Assembly: GCA_024694125.1 (NCBI GenBank) | Contig: JAILKE010000060.1 | Span: 35,247-99,246, forward strand | Direction: 5' to 3' | DNA from: Bacteroidales bacterium | Lineage (GTDB): Bacteria > Bacteroidota > Bacteroidia > Bacteroidales > UBA3663 | DNA: 64,000 bases | Shown: piece after piece, positions 58,801 through 64,000 of the stretch | How the letters are laid out: the number at the start of each line of letters is the position of its first letter | Position numbering within the stretch: position 1 is the stretch's first letter | Made by a program: the position numbers and the translations under genes | The notes under the pieces: model-generated | What the model saw: the letters and a program-made list of their open reading frames with translations, nothing else | Told to the model about the DNA's origin: nothing | Databases searched by the model: none

Positions 58801-59560
58801 ACGGGTCGAAACGGCGTCCCGCCCGGCTCATGGGCACAGCCTGTATCAGGTCGGGACGACCCAGGGCAGCAAAGGCGCGGTTCCAGTCCTCGATGCCCTG
58901 GCAGATAGCCTCCTGCCACAGTGGGGAGAAGGCACTGTCCACATAGAATGTCACATGCTCCCTCCTGTCGATGTCGAAGCGACTGATGCAGTCGCGCACC
59001 TCACACCGATACCCCACGCGCGGGTCGTAGTTGCGGCGCGCCATGGGCTGCTCCGCCAGACGGACCAGCGCCTTGCGCACCGAGATGCAGTATGGGACCG
59101 AGTCGGTCCGGTAGGTGTAATCGACCCTCGCCTCGAGGTGCTCGGCATCGTCCTGCAGCACATTGACCTGTACATCGGTGAGTGTGCCGGGCTGGTACCT
59201 GCCGCTTATCACATCGACCCCCTTCATCACCTGGGCAAAGTAGGGACGCATATCGACATAGAGCGACTGGCCACGCTGCTTGGCTACCGGCAACGTACAG
59301 GTGGAGGACTTGCGGCGGTCATCGGTCATAACGATGCACAGGCTGTCACCCCGCAGACTGAGCCGGGTGAGACGGGGCTGATACAGACGCAGACCTCGGC
59401 ACACACGCATCTTGCCCTGGCTCCAGGGACTGCTCACCTGCTCTACCTGAGCCGAGACCACATAATCCTGGTCCAGGACTCGCTTGGGTATTTTGGTCAA
59501 TGACTGGGCCTGCGACAGGCAGACGCTGGAAAGGAGGATGCATAGGAGACGGAGACGCAT
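55874..59560 (-). CDS. secreted fusion protein: zinc metalloprotease (HEVGHxLGLxHNF type) + S46 family dipeptidyl-peptidase
   Basis: The signal peptide is MRLRLLCILLSSVCLSQAQS. The N-terminal half carries AAHEVGHCLGLEHNF. The C-terminal ~690 aa carry S46 motifs: GGTFSPTSSAAFISADGLVLTNFHSV (His) and TAETAAGQSGSPVLNARGELIGLNFD (Ser). Confidence 0.8.
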   Translation of the reverse strand: MRLRLLCILLSSVCLSQAQSLTKIPKRVLDQDYVVSAQVEQVSSPWSQGKMRVCRGLRLYQPRLTRLSLRGDSLCIVMTDDRRKSSTCTLPVAKQRGQSLYVDMRPYFAQVMKGVDVISGRYQPGTLTDVQVNVLQDDAEHLEARVDYTYRTDSVPYCISVRKALVRLAEQPMARRNYDPRVGYRCEVRDCISRFDIDRREHVTFYVDSAFSPLWQEAICQGIEDWNRAFAALGRPDLIQAVPMSRAGRRFDPFAFGTNMFWCVDSEFANAEGKHYCDPRSGEILTASVLFYSNVIERLRSWYFLQTAAYNPEARQVLPDSTLRRIIRYAAAHEVGHCLGLEHNFRASFAYATDSLRDPSFCARCGTTPSIMDYARFNYVAQPGDGVTQVCPPYLGDYDIYAIQAGYGQFGTDAEYRAYVDAHQSQSVCLYKRLMRRSQSDADAIDVQASDLGNDALASTEYGIRNLRYIDGHIAQWNPGHADPYEGMPASRSELQQYYFELLGHLLPGRDAPAQQAMLQRELTDGYRFLLQPEAAADTAVAAAARRANAQVEAARSKMLAVMSRPAARPQALPGLLLPHQLTSDTVMAMLHNEGLALSAQQINSINEACVNQAILSVSQDGGTFSPTSSAAFISADGLVLTNFHSVRRYIERLSDRGPEYLRYGCYAQSREEEAPLFGLQLNQLLWCTDVTDSLCCDLSDTLTVRERQAVVSQRAEEMMKRLPKSAKESYRAYSMMGGTQYVVAKYRSFNDVRIVAAPPQSLAMEGGDTVNWRWPRVSADFAVLRVYGSAKNKPANYHKGNVPYHPETYLPLATDSVRPGELVLVAGYPAQTRKHIPWFAIDRIVNYDTRFRMEVSRAKMELLAAMMADGPARRQADCAARISSINNTYLRAKGEVEGTLRDNIIERRRLDDQALQQWICDDSVRSQRYGATLLADMQSNYQVLTQFNHMEEVFLQCVLNGPNVFPFAGKFEKLIAIDRANRKNRVRAMERELKDLHRNMQEFYAAFDYDLDLAMMKLLVPYYLKGINAAYVEEDILRQASNLDSLYAHSMLTDSARLYAWVDKVVEEGTQALQDDALYRFLLSFYVNRVSRINRDAISFRRRNSDLYALYMTALSEYQQGSTPVIDANKTLRYSAGRVGELSHKPGVPVPCCFTSTAETAAGQSGSPVLNARGELIGLNFDREISSLSAIYYPRPSRTCNIMVTLDYIKYILSQSPSRYVLDELKR

Positions 59561-59592
59561 AGGAATATAGGAGGGAGTTTACAGAAGGTATA

Positions 59593-59640
59593 AAGGAGTT
59601 ATAAGGGAGTCAGTTGGAATTGACTCCCTTCAACTCCTTA
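59593..59640. other. nested 8+8-bp hairpin
   Basis: AAGGAGTT-ATAA-GGGAGTCA-GTTGGAAT-TGACTCCC-TTCA-AACTCCTT. Confidence 0.8.
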
Positions 59641-59857
59641 TTGATTAGTTTCGCAAGTCTTCAACTTGCTCACTTTCAGTAAAGAAGGGGAGTGAAAGGG
59701 GAGTGAAAAGGGAGTGAAAGGGACGTTTACTGTTACCAGCGGGAGCCTTCAGGGATTGATTGTATCGTCCCTTTCTCTCCCCTTTTACTACTTTTTTTAG
59801 CCTTTCCCTACTCTCAACTGAAGCTTGCGAAAGTTGAGTTATTGATTAGTTCCGCAC
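59638..59857. mobile_element. MITE-like ~200-bp imperfect palindromic element flanked by direct repeats
   Basis: The direct repeats are TTATTGATTAGTTTCGCA (59638-59655) and TTATTGATTAGTTCCGCA (59839-59856). The ends are inverted (GTTTCGCAAGTCTTCAACTTG vs reverse complement CTTTCGCAAGCTTCAGTTG). The inner arms are GGGAGTGAAA words and their reverse complement, closing on AAAGGGACG (59718-59726) / CGTCCCTTT (59766-59774). Confidence 0.55.
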
Positions 59858-59868
59858 GGGCGAAACCA

Positions 59869-61425
59869 TTATTTCTTGACTATTGCTTTCTTGCCATTGA
59901 CGATGACGAAGCCCTTGTAATCGGCCCCTACTGGCATACCTGCCAGATTGACGGCGACCGATGTGGCAGCGTCGGCATTGACCTGCTCGATAGCGGTGGT
60001 CTCGGCTACCGGACCTGTCCATGGGATGAAGGAGAGAGCCTCCTGCGTGGTGCCCAGTGTCGTAGCGATGTTGCCGACGGCAGTGGTGTTGAGAGGCAGG
60101 TAGAGGTGCTGGCCCTCGCCCAGTGCGCACGATGTGTAGTTGTCGGCGGCATAGGTCTCATCACGCACGAAGCCTACGCTGTCTGCATTGTTGACAAAGC
60201 GGTAGAGCATACGGTTCTTCCTGTAGGCGACGCCTGGAGTCTGGTCCAACCAATATACGACGGTCGAGTTGAACTTGGCCTGGATGGAATCGGTGGTGAA
60301 GTGCAACGTATATTCGCCTGGCTGGGCAGTCAGGATGACCGACCCATACATGAATACGCTGTCGCCCTGATGATTCAGGTAGTTGAGGGCAGTCGATTTG
60401 GCTGTAGCATTGATGCTCGATACCATGACGTCGGCCGATGTGCGGAAGTTGGAGCTGACATTGATAGCCAGGTGACCAGTGGCTGGGATGACTACGGTCG
60501 AATCGATTTCCGACACATACTCGCGTGGACGGATTGTGGTCGATACGGCGAGGTCGTTGGTCGAGTTGTCGGTATCGGCCAGTACGATGCGGTTGGTGAG
60601 CAGGCGGGCACTCTTGCGGTAGTAGGTCTCGCCGCTGTAGCTGGCGCATATCTGGTAGCCGGCATCGATGGTATCATACAGATGCTTGTACTCGGCATCG
60701 CTGTAGTTCTTGTTCATCAGCTCGATGCCATCTATCACGTACTTGGCAGGCACGCGCTTATAGACATTGCCCGTCTCCTTGCCGTACGCATAGGTATCCT
60801 GCAGTGCGGCAATCTCGTCGTCTGTAGCCGAGAAGAGGCTCAGGTGCAATGGACCGGCCTGTGACAGCAGCATATAGGTGACGGTTGAATAGGCGGTGTA
60901 GGTGAGCTGGAGCGAATCGACGTCGGCATGATTGGTCTTTTTGCCCTTGATGTCGCGCACCTCGAAGTCTGCGCCGGACAGGTCCGACTCGTAGCTGCTG
61001 ATGGCTGTATGGTCCATGGCGCTGTTGCATATCACGATGCTGGCACCCGGAGCGAGGATGCTCTTGCTGCACGATGGAATCCGGAAGATCTGCTTCATCG
61101 TGATGGTCGAATCGTTGTAGGCCTCCTTGATACGAGAGATGTTCCACATCAAGGTATTGCTGTCTGCCTCGCCGTTGCCGATGTAGAGGCCACCCAGGTC
61201 GAGGGTATCCGAACTCTGGTTGTAGATCTCGATGTACTGGCCATCCAGGTAGTTCTTGCCAGTGGAGCTTTCTGCTTTGGGCGTACCGCCATAATAGATT
61301 TTGCTGATTACGACCTTGCCCTTCTCGGGAGCATAGATCTTAGCACTTGCCTCGGTTGCGACACAAGCCATACCGAGAACTGCGATGGCCGAAACACAGG
61401 CCGAAAGAGTAGAAGTTTTGATCAT
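59869..61425 (-). CDS. lamin-tail-domain (LTD)-like surface protein (DUF4876-like) with T9SS C-terminal sorting tail
   Basis: Signal peptide. The LTD-like N-terminus is VVISKIYYGGTPKAE...GQYIEIYNQSSDTLDLGGLYIG. The C-terminus is AGMPVGADYKGFVIVNGKKAIVKK. Confidence 0.7.
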   Translation of the reverse strand: MIKTSTLSACVSAIAVLGMACVATEASAKIYAPEKGKVVISKIYYGGTPKAESSTGKNYLDGQYIEIYNQSSDTLDLGGLYIGNGEADSNTLMWNISRIKEAYNDSTITMKQIFRIPSCSKSILAPGASIVICNSAMDHTAISSYESDLSGADFEVRDIKGKKTNHADVDSLQLTYTAYSTVTYMLLSQAGPLHLSLFSATDDEIAALQDTYAYGKETGNVYKRVPAKYVIDGIELMNKNYSDAEYKHLYDTIDAGYQICASYSGETYYRKSARLLTNRIVLADTDNSTNDLAVSTTIRPREYVSEIDSTVVIPATGHLAINVSSNFRTSADVMVSSINATAKSTALNYLNHQGDSVFMYGSVILTAQPGEYTLHFTTDSIQAKFNSTVVYWLDQTPGVAYRKNRMLYRFVNNADSVGFVRDETYAADNYTSCALGEGQHLYLPLNTTAVGNIATTLGTTQEALSFIPWTGPVAETTAIEQVNADAATSVAVNLAGMPVGADYKGFVIVNGKKAIVKK

Positions 61426-61440
61426 AAAAAAATATTTAAT

Positions 61441-61577
61441 TGTTAAAGGGAATTTAAAGGAAGTGACAGGGAAGTGACAAGGAAGTGACAGGGACGATAG
61501 AATCGGCTATTGAGCTCTATTGCTTCTATAGCGTCTATAGCAACTATAGCGTCTATAGCTTCTATTGACCTATAGCC
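61441..61577 (+). repeat. composite intergenic element (AAGGG words + AAGTGACA words + GGACGATAG hairpin + 9-bp CTATAGC array)
   Basis: aggaagtgacagggaagtgacaaggaagtgacagGGACGatagaatcgg...ttctatagcgtc. CTAT then recurs every ~9 bp from 61507 to 61573. The element is co-linear with 6551-6745. Confidence 0.85.
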
Positions 61578-61587
61578 TCCTTCTTTG

Positions 61588-63144
61588 TCAGTTCATTATT
61601 CCTATGGACAGCCCCACTGCCTGGGAACTGAGGTCGTGTTGCGCCTGCCACGTCTGGGCTTGGACTCGGACAAAGCCGACGAAACGGTAGCCCTTCAGTT
61701 GCAGCGGATGCTGGTAGAGCAGGTCCAATCCGGCGTTGAGGCAGTTGGACCGATAGTAGGTCATATCGGGTAGGAGCACGCTCTGGGCATAGGGCGTCGT
61801 GGCATCGGCCAGATCCATATCTGCACGGGCGGACACGAGGTAACCCACACGGGCAGTGAGCCACAGTCGGCGGGATGGGAACAACGTCTGCCCATACTCT
61901 GCACCCAGACGGACGGTACTCCAGTCGAAGGTCGAGGTGGGCAGCAGATGTTTCTGGCTGATGCTGCTCCAGTCACATTCGGCCTGCAGGTAGCGCTGCA
62001 CCGCTGCTGCCCGCACTGCGGCGAGGCGGTATGACAGGTGCGCGGACAGGGACTGCATCTGGTAGCGCTTGCGGTAGGTGAGCAGGTTATCGTAGCGATA
62101 GGAGCTGTAGCCATTGTCGGCATCGAGCGTCACGACCAACTGCGGGCGGTACTCGTCGGCATAGGCCTGTGCGGCATCCATCGTCCAGTCTATCTGATGC
62201 ACCCGGGTGCCTCGCGTGACGCGGTGACGGCTCTGCAATTGTGACTGGTAGGTATAGTAGTGCCCCGGCTCACGTTCGTACTGCTCGAACATTGACTCTG
62301 TTCCATAGGTGATGTTTGCCGCATAGACAGCAGCATAGTCTCGGCGCCGCATGGCATATTGGACCTCTCCCCCACACTCGTGGTTGACATACTCGCGACT
62401 GTAGCCGCTGTAGCCGCCCACGGTACCCGTCACAGCCTCCATGCCCGACATCTGGTAGTAGTAGAGATTGGGGTTGTTCTGCACGGTGATGATACCGGGC
62501 AACTTCTCCTTGTACCGGCGATACCATGCCGACACTCCGACGGAATGGATGCCGAACGTGCGGCACACTGCAGGTGCCAGCCGAAAGTCCAGCATCCGCG
62601 AACGGGAACGGGGGTCTCGCAGACGGCTCAGGTCTCCCACCCGATAATCGAGCCTGATGCCGTAACGCCATCCTGCCAGGTCCACCGTACCGACACTGGC
62701 GACGAAGTCCAGGTTCTGCTCATCGTATGCTCCCGCTACGGACGAACCCGACAGGAAAGGATTGCTCCCATAGGTGCGCATCACGTCACTCCAGGCACGA
62801 CCCTTGGTCCTGCCCTGCTCGAAGGCGAACGAGCCGTAGCCATACAGGTAGCGGCCTATGGACTGATACCGTTCGGAGTAGAATCCCACGCTGTTCGTCT
62901 GCCGTCCCTCCTGCACGCGGTGATAGTCGCCCGACTGGTGGTTCACACCGATGGACGAGTATCCTCGCTGGGTCAACGAGTCGAGTGTCAGTCCCGCTGC
63001 ACTCACCGTATGTCGCCACAGTGCCATGGCATCGGCATACATATATTCGCTCACGCCGGGCAGGGCATCCTGCGCCGACGTACATCCGCAGCCCATAGCC
63101 AGCATGGCTGCGCACAGGGATAGTTTACTCTTGGCAGTCATCAT
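61588..63144 (-). CDS. putative outer-membrane beta-barrel protein (518 aa)
   Basis: The start is at MMTAKSKLSLCAAMLAMGCGCTSAQ (signal peptide). The sequence is Y/R/G-rich and alternating, typical of OM barrels. It lies between the two LTD-like genes. The family label (DUF6850-like) is from memory only. Confidence 0.55.
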   Translation of the reverse strand: MMTAKSKLSLCAAMLAMGCGCTSAQDALPGVSEYMYADAMALWRHTVSAAGLTLDSLTQRGYSSIGVNHQSGDYHRVQEGRQTNSVGFYSERYQSIGRYLYGYGSFAFEQGRTKGRAWSDVMRTYGSNPFLSGSSVAGAYDEQNLDFVASVGTVDLAGWRYGIRLDYRVGDLSRLRDPRSRSRMLDFRLAPAVCRTFGIHSVGVSAWYRRYKEKLPGIITVQNNPNLYYYQMSGMEAVTGTVGGYSGYSREYVNHECGGEVQYAMRRRDYAAVYAANITYGTESMFEQYEREPGHYYTYQSQLQSRHRVTRGTRVHQIDWTMDAAQAYADEYRPQLVVTLDADNGYSSYRYDNLLTYRKRYQMQSLSAHLSYRLAAVRAAAVQRYLQAECDWSSISQKHLLPTSTFDWSTVRLGAEYGQTLFPSRRLWLTARVGYLVSARADMDLADATTPYAQSVLLPDMTYYRSNCLNAGLDLLYQHPLQLKGYRFVGFVRVQAQTWQAQHDLSSQAVGLSIGIMN

Positions 63145-64000
63145 ATTGGCGCGGTTTAATGGTTGTAGAGGTCTGGCAGTCATTGCTGCTGTTGTTGGTA
63201 TCGACCAGTACCTTGTGGCCGGACTGCATGCAGCGGGTACGTCTATATACCACCTCGGCATTCCAGCCCGACACGGCATTGATGCTCGTATATCCGGCAT
63301 CGATACAGTCTGGCAGGCGTTTGGTCGTCACGTCTATGCCGGACGTCTTGCGGCGCAGGGCCTCCATCCCGTCCAGTATGCACGATGTCGGACACACCAC
63401 ATACTGCAGACCGGACGTAGCACCGTACTTATAGACCTTGGTCCAGGCGGTCACATCCTGGTCCGTGCGGAATATCACCACACCGGTCGGACCGCTCTGC
63501 ACCAGGTTCATCACACTGGTACCGGCATATATCTGATATATCATCTGCATGGCAGGCACCGCCGGATTGTTCTGGTAGTTGCCCTGGGTGTCCTTGACCT
63601 CGAAGTCTGCCCCCGTCAGGTCGCTCTCCCGGTCATTGCCGTCAGTATGGTCTATGGCGCTGTTGCATATCACTACCGTGCCGCCCGGAGCCACCATATA
63701 ACTGTCATCCGTCGGGATGCGATATATCTGTTTGAGCAGTATCGCTGCCCCACTGCCGTAGGTCTGGTCCAGGTCTGACCGGGTCCATGCCTGGGTGCTC
63801 TCACTCTCAGTCAGCCCGATGTAGAGGCCACTCACATCGACCGTATCATCGCTCTGGTTGTAGAGTTCGATGTACTTTCCTGCCATGTAATTGCGGTTGT
63901 TGTTGTCCTTGGAACCGGCGTAGTACACCTTGCCTATCACGATGTCGCGCTGTGCCGAGGCCAACAACTGCATATACAGCACCTCGGCACCTGCGATGAG
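63125..64000 (-). CDS. LTD-like protein, paralog of the N-terminal half of 59869-61425 (5' end outside the window)
   Basis: IVIGKVYYAGSKDNNNRNYMAGKYIELYNQSDDTVDVSGLYIG and ICNSAIDHT..ESDLTGADFEVKD align with the downstream paralog. The reading frame stays open to the window edge. The stop overlaps the start of the barrel gene by 20 nt. Confidence 0.65.
   Translation of the reverse strand, partial: LIAGAEVLYMQLLASAQRDIVIGKVYYAGSKDNNNRNYMAGKYIELYNQSDDTVDVSGLYIGLTESESTQAWTRSDLDQTYGSGAAILLKQIYRIPTDDSYMVAPGGTVVICNSAIDHTDGNDRESDLTGADFEVKDTQGNYQNNPAVPAMQMIYQIYAGTSVMNLVQSGPTGVVIFRTDQDVTAWTKVYKYGATSGLQYVVCPTSCILDGMEALRRKTSGIDVTTKRLPDCIDAGYTSINAVSGWNAEVVYRRTRCMQSGHKVLVDTNNSSNDCQTSTTIKPRQYDDCQE

Noticed and set aside
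55832-59503. Long plus-strand ORFs (55832-57358 at 508 aa; 57785-59503 at 572 aa)
   Set aside because: They are antisense shadows of the metalloprotease::S46 gene. They have no motifs and a biased R/G/A/V composition.

Overview
The window looks like a chromosomal segment of a fairly GC-rich Bacteroidales genome, probably Prevotella-like. Three things support this: many TAnnTTTG -7 promoter boxes sit 10-80 nt upstream of start codons, several secreted proteins end in T9SS C-terminal sorting tails, and no Shine-Dalgarno sequences are visible. The core content includes rplM-rpsI-rpsB-tsf-tRNA-Pro, ispD, dxr-rseP, hflX, rlmI-folA, a TPR/DUF4292/M23 envelope cluster and a dTDP-3-amino-sugar cassette. 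About 51 protein genes are supported. Several small, visibly AT-richer islets interrupt the core and carry defence-type genes. The strongest candidate for a new system is a translationally coupled three-gene operon at 1123-3570. It encodes an AbiEi-like regulator/antitoxin, an AbiEii/DUF1814-type nucleotidyltransferase and a compact PP2C phosphatase, so it would be a tripartite variant of the two-gene AbiE/MenAT-type module. Other islets carry two solitary Abi_2/HEPN genes and a PIN toxin-antitoxin pair. Unusual proteins include a MetH-like corrinoid methyltransferase with no recognisable folate domain and a novel N-terminal module, a zinc-metalloprotease::S46 dipeptidyl-peptidase fusion, and a cluster of lamin-tail-like paralogs with an outer-membrane barrel. 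Almost every longer intergenic spacer is filled with a modular family of short-word tandem arrays (AAAGTGAC/AAAGTAC, CTATAGAAA, GGGAGTGAAAAG, 21-mers) and conserved hairpins (GGACGATA...TATCGTCC, CAAGTTTCGCAAGT...). One of these is a 200-bp palindromic element flanked by direct repeats. No CRISPR array, rRNA, integrase or transposase was seen. All family assignments come from motif recognition by eye; no searches were run.
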